This document shows, piece after piece, positions 17,300-25,957 of a DNA stretch of 64,000 nt (position 1 is its first letter; each line of letters starts with the position of its first letter). The stretch is from Deltaproteobacteria bacterium (GTDB taxonomy: Bacteria; Desulfobacterota; Deferrimicrobia; Deferrimicrobiales; Deferrimicrobiaceae): contig JBLNEW010000043.1 of the NCBI GenBank assembly GCA_050263095.1, positions 986 through 64,985 on the forward strand, read 5' to 3'. The position numbers were made by a program, and so were the translations under genes. The notes beneath the pieces were generated by a model. That model was not told the DNA's origin, did no database searches, and saw nothing but the letters and a program-made list of their open reading frames with translations.

Positions 17300-18940
17300 A
17301 TGGCGGAAACCACCGCTGACGGTGCGGCTATCACCCTGAACGGAAACGGGCGATCAAAGGGGTACCTGGAAGAAAAGGGATTCTGGTCCTGGGCCCTGAC
17401 GCTGGATCACAAGCGGATCGGCGTTCTTTACCTGCTGACAACGCTTCTTTTCTTTCTCGTAGGCGGGATTTTCGGCCTCCTGATCCGGATCAAGCTGATG
17501 TATCCCGGGCAGGAGATATTCAGTGCCCACGTCTACAACGTAATTTTCACCCTCCACGGATCGATAATGATATTCCTCTTCGTTATTCCTGCGATTCCGT
17601 CGGGGCTGGGGAACTTCTTCATACCGCTGCTGATCGGGGCCCGGGACGTTGCTTTCCCAAGGCTCAACCTCGCCAGCTACTGGTTCTTCGTCGCGGGGAT
17701 CCTGATCATGGTGTCATCGCTCCTTAGGCCCATGGACACGGGATGGACCTTCTACACCCCCTATTCCGCGAAGACCGCCGCCGACGTCACCCTCCTTTCC
17801 TTCGGCATCTTCCTTATCGGCATGTCGTCGATCCTGACCGGGCTCAACTTCCTCGTCACGATCCACAAGCTCCGGGCGCCCGGGATGGACTGGCACAAGC
17901 TGCCCCTTTTCATCTGGGGGATGTATTCGACGAGCATCATCCAGGTCGTCGCGACTCCCGTGGTGGGGATAACTTTCCTTCTCCTCGCGATGGAGCGGCT
18001 CTTCGGGATCGGTTTCTTCGATCCCGCAAAGGGAGGAGACCCGATCCTGTTCCAGCATTTCTTCTGGTTCTACTCGCACCCGGTGGTCTACGTCATGATC
18101 CTCCCCGCCATGGGAATCATCTCCGAGGTCGTGCCGGTCTTTTCGCGCAAGCCCATCTTCGGGTACAAGGCGATCGCATACTCGTCGCTGGCCATCGCGT
18201 TCATCGGGTTCTTCGTGTGGGGGCACCACATGTTCGTAAGCGGCATGTCCAAGACCGCCAGCATCATCTTCTCGTTCCTCACGTTCTTCGTGGCCGTCCC
18301 CACCGCGGTCAAGGTATTCAACTGGATCGCGACGCTCTACAAGGGGTCCATCACGTTCGAGTCGCCGATGCTGTACGCCCTGACATTCATATTCCTGTTC
18401 ACGTTCGGCGGGCTGACCGGCATGTTCCTTGGCGCTCTTGCGACCAACGTCCATGTGCACGACACGTATTTCGTCGTGGCCCACTTCCACTACACGATGA
18501 TGGGAGGGACGGTGGTGGGATTCCTCGCCGGGCTGCACTACTGGTTCCCCAAGATGACCGGCCGGATGCTCAGCGAGAAGCTTGCAAGGCTGGCGTGGCT
18601 CCTGACGTTCATCGGCTTCAACGTGACGTTCCTTACGCAGTTTTTCCTGGGGTACAAGGGGATGCCGCGGCGGTGGGCCGAGTATCCCGCGCAGTTCCAG
18701 GATCTCAACATCGTGTCCACCGTGGGATCGTGGATCCTCGCCGCTGGCATCCTGATCATGTTCGTCAATTTCATCCGGGGGTATTACGCGGGCGAGCCGG
18801 CGCCGGCCAATCCGTGGAAAAGCCTGACGCTGGAATGGCAGGCGGCATCCCCCCCGTCGACGGAGAATTTCGAGAAGATCCCCGTGGTGACGGATTGGCC
18901 GTACGGCTACTCCAAGAGGAAGCCGGAAGGAAATGAGTGA
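17300..18940 (+). CDS. coxA: Cytochrome c oxidase subunit I, family A2
   Basis: DHKRIG, FPRLN, WFYSHPVVY (YS marks A2), WGHH, K-channel PTAVK, HFHY, MPRR. Confidence 0.97.
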   Translation: MAETTADGAAITLNGNGRSKGYLEEKGFWSWALTLDHKRIGVLYLLTTLLFFLVGGIFGLLIRIKLMYPGQEIFSAHVYNVIFTLHGSIMIFLFVIPAIPSGLGNFFIPLLIGARDVAFPRLNLASYWFFVAGILIMVSSLLRPMDTGWTFYTPYSAKTAADVTLLSFGIFLIGMSSILTGLNFLVTIHKLRAPGMDWHKLPLFIWGMYSTSIIQVVATPVVGITFLLLAMERLFGIGFFDPAKGGDPILFQHFFWFYSHPVVYVMILPAMGIISEVVPVFSRKPIFGYKAIAYSSLAIAFIGFFVWGHHMFVSGMSKTASIIFSFLTFFVAVPTAVKVFNWIATLYKGSITFESPMLYALTFIFLFTFGGLTGMFLGALATNVHVHDTYFVVAHFHYTMMGGTVVGFLAGLHYWFPKMTGRMLSEKLARLAWLLTFIGFNVTFLTQFFLGYKGMPRRWAEYPAQFQDLNIVSTVGSWILAAGILIMFVNFIRGYYAGEPAPANPWKSLTLEWQAASPPSTENFEKIPVVTDWPYGYSKRKPEGNE

Positions 18941-19556
18941 TCATACGGTACACCCGGAAATGGCCGCGGAGGGATCCGGCCACGCGCACATGGATCCGGC
19001 GCAGGCGTACGACGCCGCAAAGCTGGGGATATGGACTTTCCTTGCGACCGAGGTCCTGCTGTTCGGCGGGCTTTTCACGGCTTACATCGTCTTCCGCCTC
19101 AAGTTCCCGGAGATGTTCCGGATCGACCATGCCCACCTGAACCGGATCATGGGAGCGACCAACACGGTCGTCCTCATATGCAGCAGCCTGACCGTGGCGC
19201 TCGGCATCGCGGCCGTACGGAAGGGGAAGCAGGGGCTGCTCAAACTTTATCTTGCCCTGACGATCCTCCTGGCGGCGGTGTTCCTCGGGATAAAGTACGT
19301 GGAGTGGAACGAGAAGTTCGCCCACGGGCTGTTCCCCGACACCGACGTGTTCTTCTCCCTTTACTTCGTGATGACGGGGCTGCACGGTCTCCACGTCCTG
19401 GGAGGCATGCTGGTTCTCGGAGGCGTTCTGGCGCTTGCGTGGCGGGGAAAATTTTCGGAGCGTTATTATACGCCGGTGGAAGTTTCCGGTTTATACTGGC
19501 ACTTCGTGGACCTTGTATGGATCTACCTGTTCCCCCTGTTCTACCTTATAGGGTAG
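18933..19556 (+). CDS. coxC: Cytochrome c oxidase subunit III
   Basis: GIWTFLATEVLLFGGLF, MTGLHGLHV, GLYWHFVDLVWI. Confidence 0.95.
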   Translation: MSDHTVHPEMAAEGSGHAHMDPAQAYDAAKLGIWTFLATEVLLFGGLFTAYIVFRLKFPEMFRIDHAHLNRIMGATNTVVLICSSLTVALGIAAVRKGKQGLLKLYLALTILLAAVFLGIKYVEWNEKFAHGLFPDTDVFFSLYFVMTGLHGLHVLGGMLVLGGVLALAWRGKFSERYYTPVEVSGLYWHFVDLVWIYLFPLFYLIG

Positions 19557-19563
19557 GAGAGCC

Positions 19564-19842
19564 ATGAAGAGCTCGCACGGCACGGGTTACGGAATCTACC
19601 TGGCGGTCTTTGCGGCCCTGCTGGTCTTGACCGGGGCGACCGTCGCGGTATCCTACATCGACCTGGGGGTAATGAACGTCGCCGTCGCCCTGCTCATCGC
19701 GTCGCTCAAGGCCTCTCTCGTCGCGCTGTTCTTCATGCACCTGAAGTTCGAGAACAAGCTCGTCTGGGCGTTTGCGCTGGTCCCGATCTTCTTCCTGGTG
19801 CTCATCGTCGGGGGGACGATCTCGGATACCCTGTACCGCTGA
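19564..19842 (+). CDS. coxD: Cytochrome c oxidase subunit IV
   Basis: ALLIASLKASLVALFFMHLK. Confidence 0.9.
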   Translation: MKSSHGTGYGIYLAVFAALLVLTGATVAVSYIDLGVMNVAVALLIASLKASLVALFFMHLKFENKLVWAFALVPIFFLVLIVGGTISDTLYR

Positions 19843-19860
19843 AAATCCAAGGAGGCAATC

Positions 19861-20721
19861 ATGCTGGGAAGGGCGACCGTCGGCCTGTTCTTCCTGCTCC
19901 TCGTCTGGGGAAACCTGGTGGCGGGTCTCAAGGCGGGCCTCGCATGCCCGGACTGGCCGCTTTGCCACGGGAAGATCCTGCCGCCGTTCCGGATGGACAT
20001 CTACATGGAGTTTCTCCACAGGGTGATCGCCGCCGTGGCGGCCCTGTTCCTGGCGGCCCTTTCGTGGAGCCGGTTCCGGGACTACCGCGGGGCGGCGAGG
20101 GCCGTGCCCATACTGGCCGTGGGCCTGGTCGCCGTGGAGGTGGTTCTCGGGGGTGCGGTGGTCCTTCTGCGCATTCCTGCGCAGCTGACGACGGTCCATT
20201 TCATGATCGGCCTCGTCGTGTTCCTCCTCGCCGTTTACATGGCTTCCTTCGACGGTTTCCGGGAGCCGCCCGCGTTTTCCCTGTCGGGGCGGTCCGCCTT
20301 GTTCTTCGGGGTCGGCGCGCTGGTCTTCATGCTGGCGGCCCTGGGGGCATACGTTCGGCACGCCGACGCGGGACTTGCCTGCACGGATTGGCCGTCCTGT
20401 TTCGGCGGAATCATTCCGACGGTTTTCTCTGGACACGTCCTGATCCACTTCTCGCACCGGGTGCTTGCGGCCCTCGTGTTCCTTACGATTATCGCGCTTT
20501 ATGCGGCGGTCTCCCTTGACAGGCGATACAGGGAGAGCAAGAGGCTCGCCGGGGCCCTCCTGATGCTGGCCGTGGGCCAGGTCTTGATAGGCGGCGCGGT
20601 CGTGCTGACCAAGCTGTATTTCCTCGCGACGGGCCTCCACCTTGCCGTCGCGCTCGGGATGCTGACCGTCCTCTTTCATCTTTGGGCGCGTGAAGTCAAG
20701 CGGGGGGAGGCGATGCCATAG
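19861..20721 (+). CDS. ctaA: Heme A synthase (COX15/CtaA)
   Basis: GLACPDWPLC, EFLHR, second GLACTDWPSC, HFSHR. Confidence 0.9.
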   Translation: MLGRATVGLFFLLLVWGNLVAGLKAGLACPDWPLCHGKILPPFRMDIYMEFLHRVIAAVAALFLAALSWSRFRDYRGAARAVPILAVGLVAVEVVLGGAVVLLRIPAQLTTVHFMIGLVVFLLAVYMASFDGFREPPAFSLSGRSALFFGVGALVFMLAALGAYVRHADAGLACTDWPSCFGGIIPTVFSGHVLIHFSHRVLAALVFLTIIALYAAVSLDRRYRESKRLAGALLMLAVGQVLIGGAVVLTKLYFLATGLHLAVALGMLTVLFHLWAREVKRGEAMP

Positions 20722-20732
20722 AACCGCTGACC

Positions 20733-21638
20733 ATGCCCGGGAAAGCGATGGCGAGGGAATCTCTGCATCCCGCCGGCGGTTTCCTGGCGTCGGCGCTGCT
20801 TATTTCAAGGCCCGGAATCGCCGCCGGCGTGACACTTTCGGGCCTGTCGGGGATGGTTTTGGCGGGGAAGGGCCTGCCGCCGCCGGGCCTGGGGGCGGTG
20901 TGCCTCGCCTGCATCATCATGGCCGCCTGCGGATCGGCAGTGGCAAACGGCCTCCTCGACGCGGACATGGATGCGCGCATGCGCAGGCTCGACGCCAGGG
21001 TATCGGCGCTCGAGAAGGTGGGGAGAAAGGAGGCCCTGGCGATCTCCCTCGCCCTGACCGCGGGCTCGCTTACGCTGTCATTGTTCTTCCTTCCCGCCGC
21101 GGCATCGCTTCTTCTCCTGGCGGCGATCGGAAGCTACACCGCGCTCTACACGATTTATTTCAAACGGCGGTCTCCTTACGGCAGCGTGCCGGGGGGGATC
21201 CCCGGGGCTCTCCCCGTCCTTATAGGGTACGCCGCGGTCGAGCCTCGCCTGGGAGCCGACGGCATTCTCCTTTTCCTGCTGATGCTTCTGTGGCAGCCGC
21301 CCCATTTCTGGGCGCTGGCGCTCAAGCACAAGGAGGATTACCGTTCCGCCGGCTTTCCCGTGATGCCGGTAGCGCTCGGTGAGCCCTACACCAAAATATT
21401 GATCTTCGTATATGCGGCGGCGCTGCTGCCTCTTTCCATGGGCATGTGGTGGCTGGGGTACTGCTCGGCGGCATTCGCTGCGTCCGCGATCGCCCTCGGG
21501 GCTTACTTCCTCTTTTCCTGCTACCGGAACATCGTGGCCTCGCCCAGGTTCGGCCGGGCGTTCGGCGCCTCGATCGTATACATAATGGGGATCCTTCTTG
21601 CGGTCATAGTGGACGTATCCGCACGCTCCATCCGGTAA
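20733..21638 (+). CDS. ctaB: Protoheme IX farnesyltransferase (heme O synthase)
   Basis: N..LDADMDARMRR, YT..FKRR, GGIPGALP.LIGY, WQPPHFWAL, DY.SAGFPVMP. Confidence 0.92.
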   Translation: MPGKAMARESLHPAGGFLASALLISRPGIAAGVTLSGLSGMVLAGKGLPPPGLGAVCLACIIMAACGSAVANGLLDADMDARMRRLDARVSALEKVGRKEALAISLALTAGSLTLSLFFLPAAASLLLLAAIGSYTALYTIYFKRRSPYGSVPGGIPGALPVLIGYAAVEPRLGADGILLFLLMLLWQPPHFWALALKHKEDYRSAGFPVMPVALGEPYTKILIFVYAAALLPLSMGMWWLGYCSAAFAASAIALGAYFLFSCYRNIVASPRFGRAFGASIVYIMGILLAVIVDVSARSIR

Positions 21639-21720
21639 ACCGCGGTCATCTCCACTCGCGGCGGCGGGCGGGATGCGTTATCATTATCAATCAACACGAA
21701 CCTTCCTGGAGAATCCTGCA

Positions 21721-22632
21721 ATGAGCCTTCTTGTCGTCGGTTCGATGGCGTTCGACAGCATAAGGTCACCTTTCGGGGAAGTGGAAAAGGTCGTCGGTGG
21801 GTCTGCCACCTACTTCTCCCTGGCGGCGAGCTACCTGGCGCCTGTAAGGCTTGTGTCGGTGGTCGGGAAGGACTTCCCGCAGCATACCGTCCGGATGCTC
21901 TCCGCGCGGTCGATCGACACGAAGGGGCTGATGGTCGCCGATGGCAAGACGTTCCGCTGGAAGGGGTACTACGAGTACGACCTGAACACGGCCCACACGG
22001 TCGAAACGGAGCTGAACGTGTTCCGGGATTTCGCGCCCGTGCTGCCCGAGGAGTACCGGGACACCCCCTATGTTTTCCTCGGGAACATAGATCCGCGCAT
22101 CCAGATGGACATGCTCTCACAGGTGCGAAATCCCAAGCTTGTCGCCCTGGACACCATGAACTACTGGATCGAGAACAGCCCGGGGCCGCTTCGCGAGGCG
22201 ATCGGAAAGGCGGACATAGTGATATTCAACGAGAGCGAGCTGCGGGAGATATCCGGAGAATACAACCTGGTGAAGGCGGCGCGCGCCGTCATGAGCTGGG
22301 GGCCGACCCGCGTAGTGGTCAAAAGGGGAGAATACGGCGTGCTGCACCTTTCGGACGGCACGATGTTCGCGGCGCCGGCCTATCCGCTCGAAACGATCTT
22401 CGATCCCACCGGCGCCGGCGACAGCTTCGCCGGAGGTTTCATGGGGTACCTCGCCTCCCGCGACGGTTCGGAGCCCACCGAGATGGACTACCGCCTCGCG
22501 ACCATGTTCGGGAGCGCCATAGCTTCATTCACGGTGGAGGCGTTCAGCACCGAGCGGCTGGAGAACCTGTCTCCAGGGGATATCGCCTCGCGGGTCGATG
22601 CCTTCAGGGCGCTTACGGAGTTCCGTGTTTGA
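21721..22632 (+). CDS. PfkB family carbohydrate/nucleoside kinase
   Basis: VVGSMAFDSI, GGSATY, NESE, DPTGAGDSFAGG. Confidence 0.92.
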   Translation: MSLLVVGSMAFDSIRSPFGEVEKVVGGSATYFSLAASYLAPVRLVSVVGKDFPQHTVRMLSARSIDTKGLMVADGKTFRWKGYYEYDLNTAHTVETELNVFRDFAPVLPEEYRDTPYVFLGNIDPRIQMDMLSQVRNPKLVALDTMNYWIENSPGPLREAIGKADIVIFNESELREISGEYNLVKAARAVMSWGPTRVVVKRGEYGVLHLSDGTMFAAPAYPLETIFDPTGAGDSFAGGFMGYLASRDGSEPTEMDYRLATMFGSAIASFTVEAFSTERLENLSPGDIASRVDAFRALTEFRV

Positions 22633-22740
22633 GGGATGGCAAAAGAACAAATTTGTAATGTTTTTTGCACAAGTGGTTTCACATTGTTTTTCTGCATGAA
22701 AAATGTCTTGTAATATCAAGTTGTTTTGACGGTGACCGGA

Positions 22741-22755
22741 TGGCATGATAATTGT
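22741..22755 (+). promoter_or_regulatory. Putative sigma54 promoter
   Basis: TGGCAT-GATAA-TTGT (one mismatch at -12); IHF-like TATCAAGTTGTTT at 22714-22726; AT-rich upstream region. Confidence 0.55.
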
Positions 22756-22766
22756 TTGCAAGAAAT

Positions 22767-22868
22767 GCATCACATGGCCGAAAGGCCGGAAAATTCCCGG
22801 GGCTACCCCTCCCTCGGGGCTTCGACGACGACCCGGCGCACCTCCACGCAGGGTCGTCGTTTCCTTTT
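22767..22868 (+). ncRNA. Candidate ~100-nt small RNA with three stem-loops and its own terminator
   Basis: GGCC-GAAA-GGCC; CCCGGGG-CUACCCCUC-CCUCGGG; ACGACGACCC-G-GCG-CACCUCCA-CGC-A-GGGUCGUCGU followed by UUCCUUUU; starts at the predicted sigma54 +1. Confidence 0.55.
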
Positions 22869-22896
22869 CGATCCGCAACAGGCGAAGCTTTGGTTC

Positions 22897-22927
22897 CTTG
22901 ACCCCGCCGCAGTCAAGGGCATAGAAT
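22897..22927 (+). promoter_or_regulatory. Sigma70 promoter of clp gene overlapped by inverted-repeat operator
   Basis: TTGACC-N18-TAGAAT; CTTGACC-N7-AGTCAAG inverted repeat (22897-22917). Confidence 0.55.
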
Positions 22928-22961
22928 GTTGACCGGTTTTGTTGTTTCGTAGGAGACGATA

Positions 22962-25343
22962 ATGTCAAGACTTTCCGCCGCCGCAGGGCTGGCCTGGCAG
23001 ATAGCCGCATCCGAGGCCGCCACCGCCCGGCATCCCCTCATCGAACGGGAGCATCTGCTGATCGGGATCCTGAGCCTTAACAAGGCGCTGGGATTCCTCC
23101 GCTTCTCAAAGGTCGAGGCGCTTCCAGTCGAGGCTGTGCGCGCCGAAGCGGACGGCATCGAACAGATCCTGGGATCGATGGGAATATCGCCGGTTTCCTT
23201 CCGGCGCGGAGTCCGGTCGAGGCTGCGGCCCGGTTTCGCCCATCCCGCCGAGCAGGTGGTGCACCGAAGCGATGCCTGCAAGGCCATATTCCGCAGGGCG
23301 AACGAGTTTGCCGATCGGGCAAAAGCCGTGGAAACCTGCGCGCAGCACCTGCTGGGAGCCGTTCTCGAGGATCCGGGTCCGGTGATTACGGCGGTTATCG
23401 TCGGGGCGGGGCTGGAGCTGGAGGCATTTCGCAAGGAGGTCCTGTCCGAAAACGCGGCGGCCGGAAGGCAGCGCGTGACCCGCGAGGAAGCGGGTACGGC
23501 GATCCCGATGGAGGAGGAGTCCCGCGTATCGGAAACCCCCCTTCTCGACCGGTATGGACGCGACATAACCCGGGCCGCGCGGGAAGGGCGGCTAATGCCG
23601 TTCGTCGACTCCGAAAGAACGCGAAACACGCTCCGCCAGCTGCTCAAGGTGCTTCTGATGCCGACGAAGAACAACCCGGTTCTCGTCGGAGAGGCGGGGG
23701 TCGGAAAGACCGCGATCGTTGAGGCGCTCGCGGAGCGCATCGCGATGGGGCGGGACAGGCGTGTGCTGGGCGGGAAGCGGCTGGTGGAGCTTTCGATGGC
23801 CGAGCTGGTGGCGGGGACCAAGTACCGGGGGGAGTTCGAGGAACGTCTGACCAGGCTGATCGAGGAGGTCCGCGCCCACCCCGAAGTGATCATGTTCATC
23901 GACGAATTCCACACGGTGGTCGGGGCCGGCCGCGCTGAAGGCGCCCCCATGGACGCGGGGAACATCATGAAGCCTGCGCTCGCGCGAGGTGAGCTCCGCT
24001 GCATCGGCGCGACCACCATCGCCGAGTTCCGCCGCAGCATCGAGAAGGACCCGGCCCTGGAGCGCCGCTTCCAGCCCATACAGGTGATAGAGCCCGCCAG
24101 GGACGAAACGCGGGAAATCCTGATGGGCCTGCGCGCCCACAGGGAGTCGCACTTCGGGGTGACTATCACCGATGAGGCGATAACTGCGGCGGTAGATCTG
24201 TCGATCCGGTTCGACCCGACGCACTTCCTGCCCGACAAGGCGATCGACCTGCTGGACCGCGCATGCGCCGAATGCCGCGTGCCCCTGCTCTCGCTGGCGC
24301 TGGAATCGGACCGCGTCGGCCCCATGGGGGTCGCCGTGGTCAAGCCGGAGGTCGTGGCGCGGGTCGTCGCCGAGAAGATGGGGATCCCCATCGAGGTCGT
24401 CCGCGGGGGAATGGGGGGGCTTACGGAGTCCCGGATCCGCGGCCTGGAGGAATACCTCAACCGCCACATCGTCGGCCAGAAGGACGCCGTCTCCTGGGTG
24501 TGCCGCCGCCTGCTCCTGGCGCACGCCGGCCTGGGGGACCGCCGCCGCCCGCTGGGGGTGTTCCTCTTCCTCGGGCCGTCCGGCGTGGGAAAGACCGAGC
24601 TGGCGCGGCGCATGGCCGCCTACCTGTTCTCGGACGAGCGCTCCTTCATCCGGCTGGACATGTCGGAGTTCCAGGAAGACGCGAGCGTCAGCCGCCTTGT
24701 GGGAGCCTCTCCGGGATACATCGGTTACGACGAGGGGGGACAGCTGACCGGCAGGGTCCGGACGACCCCCTACTCGGTCGTCCTCCTGGACGAGGTGGAC
24801 AAGGCTGCCCCGAGGGTTTTCGACCTGTTTTTGCAGATGTTCGACGAAGGGAAGATTACCGACGGGCAGGGGCGCACCGCGGACGTGCGGAACGTCATAT
24901 TCGTGATGACGGGGAACATACGCGTCGCCAAGGAGATGGGATTCCACGCCGGGAACCGCGCGGCGCTGGCCGCCGGCGCTCTCGCGGAGGCTCGCAAGCG
25001 CTTCCGGCCGGAGTTCCTGAACCGGATCGACGAGCAGATCGTATTCCGGCCGCTTTCCCCCGATGATGTGCGGCAGGTCCTGGACATCCACCTTTCGACG
25101 CTGGTGGAGCACCTTCTGAACATGCACGGCGTAAGGCTCGAGATCGATCCCGAAGCAAAGGAATGGCTCGTCGCCGCCGGCTACAGCGCGGAGTACGGCA
25201 TCCGCGAGCTGGGGAGGATCATAGACAGGCACGTCCGGGGACCTATCGGCGAGATGAGCGCCGACGGCGAGCTTTCCAGGCGGGCCAGGAAGGAGCAGCC
25301 CATTTCGCTCCGTAAGGAGGGTGAAGGCGTCCGCATCCGTTAG
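22962..25343 (+). CDS. ClpA/ClpC-type AAA+ protease ATPase subunit
   Basis: Clp N-domain repeats (EHLLIGIL, QHLLGAVL), NNPVLVGEAGVGKT, FIDEFH, GPSGVGKT, LLDEVDKA, MGF ClpP-docking-like loop, FRPEFLNRID; no long ClpB middle domain. Confidence 0.9.
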   Translation: MSRLSAAAGLAWQIAASEAATARHPLIEREHLLIGILSLNKALGFLRFSKVEALPVEAVRAEADGIEQILGSMGISPVSFRRGVRSRLRPGFAHPAEQVVHRSDACKAIFRRANEFADRAKAVETCAQHLLGAVLEDPGPVITAVIVGAGLELEAFRKEVLSENAAAGRQRVTREEAGTAIPMEEESRVSETPLLDRYGRDITRAAREGRLMPFVDSERTRNTLRQLLKVLLMPTKNNPVLVGEAGVGKTAIVEALAERIAMGRDRRVLGGKRLVELSMAELVAGTKYRGEFEERLTRLIEEVRAHPEVIMFIDEFHTVVGAGRAEGAPMDAGNIMKPALARGELRCIGATTIAEFRRSIEKDPALERRFQPIQVIEPARDETREILMGLRAHRESHFGVTITDEAITAAVDLSIRFDPTHFLPDKAIDLLDRACAECRVPLLSLALESDRVGPMGVAVVKPEVVARVVAEKMGIPIEVVRGGMGGLTESRIRGLEEYLNRHIVGQKDAVSWVCRRLLLAHAGLGDRRRPLGVFLFLGPSGVGKTELARRMAAYLFSDERSFIRLDMSEFQEDASVSRLVGASPGYIGYDEGGQLTGRVRTTPYSVVLLDEVDKAAPRVFDLFLQMFDEGKITDGQGRTADVRNVIFVMTGNIRVAKEMGFHAGNRAALAAGALAEARKRFRPEFLNRIDEQIVFRPLSPDDVRQVLDIHLSTLVEHLLNMHGVRLEIDPEAKEWLVAAGYSAEYGIRELGRIIDRHVRGPIGEMSADGELSRRARKEQPISLRKEGEGVRIR

Positions 25344-25436
25344 CCGCGGGCATAGAACCTTTTTCCCGACGGGGGTATCCTAAAGACAGACGGGATCCCG
25401 CAGCCAACCGTTACGTCCACACGGGAGGTGGGAAAT

Positions 25437-25955
25437 ATGAAAACCATTCTCAGCCGGTTCAGCCCTGCAAGCAGGAAGAACGTGGACCGCGAGACCGATC
25501 CATACATACCCCGCAAGAGCGCTTCGGCGGTCGGAGCCTGCCCTGAATGCCACGCCATCAGGCGAAACAAGCGATGGCACCTTGACGAAAACGAGTACGC
25601 GACCCTCCGGAAGAAGACCGGGACCGTCGTCCTGGAACGCTGCCCGGCGTGCAGAAAGATAGCGGACGGCTTCCCGTCCGGTGTGGTCCAGCTGCGAGGA
25701 GGCTATCTCCTCGAGCACCGGGACGAAATCCTCAAGCTTGTAAGGAACGAGGAAAAAAGAGCCGCCGGGATCAACCCGCTCGAGCGCATCATCTCCGTCA
25801 CGGAAGAAAAAGACAGGATGGAGATCGCCACGACCGACGAGAAGCTCGCCCAGCGTATAGGGCGCGAGCTGCGCAAGGCGTTGAGGGGGACGGTACGGTA
25901 CAAATGGTCGGAGGACTCGAAGCTTCTGCGCGTGAACTGGGCGAGGGAGGCGTGA
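25437..25955 (+). CDS. BCAM0308-family zinc-binding protein
   Basis: CPECHA...W...CPACRKI.DGFPSG, NPLERI, TTDEKLAQRIGR; SD GGAGG. Confidence 0.75.
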   Translation: MKTILSRFSPASRKNVDRETDPYIPRKSASAVGACPECHAIRRNKRWHLDENEYATLRKKTGTVVLERCPACRKIADGFPSGVVQLRGGYLLEHRDEILKLVRNEEKRAAGINPLERIISVTEEKDRMEIATTDEKLAQRIGRELRKALRGTVRYKWSEDSKLLRVNWAREA

Positions 25956-25957
25956 AG

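Noticed and set aside
22726-22932. 68-aa ORF overlapping the sRNA candidate
   Set aside because: Starts upstream of the predicted +1, lacks an SD and runs through a terminator; non-coding reading preferred
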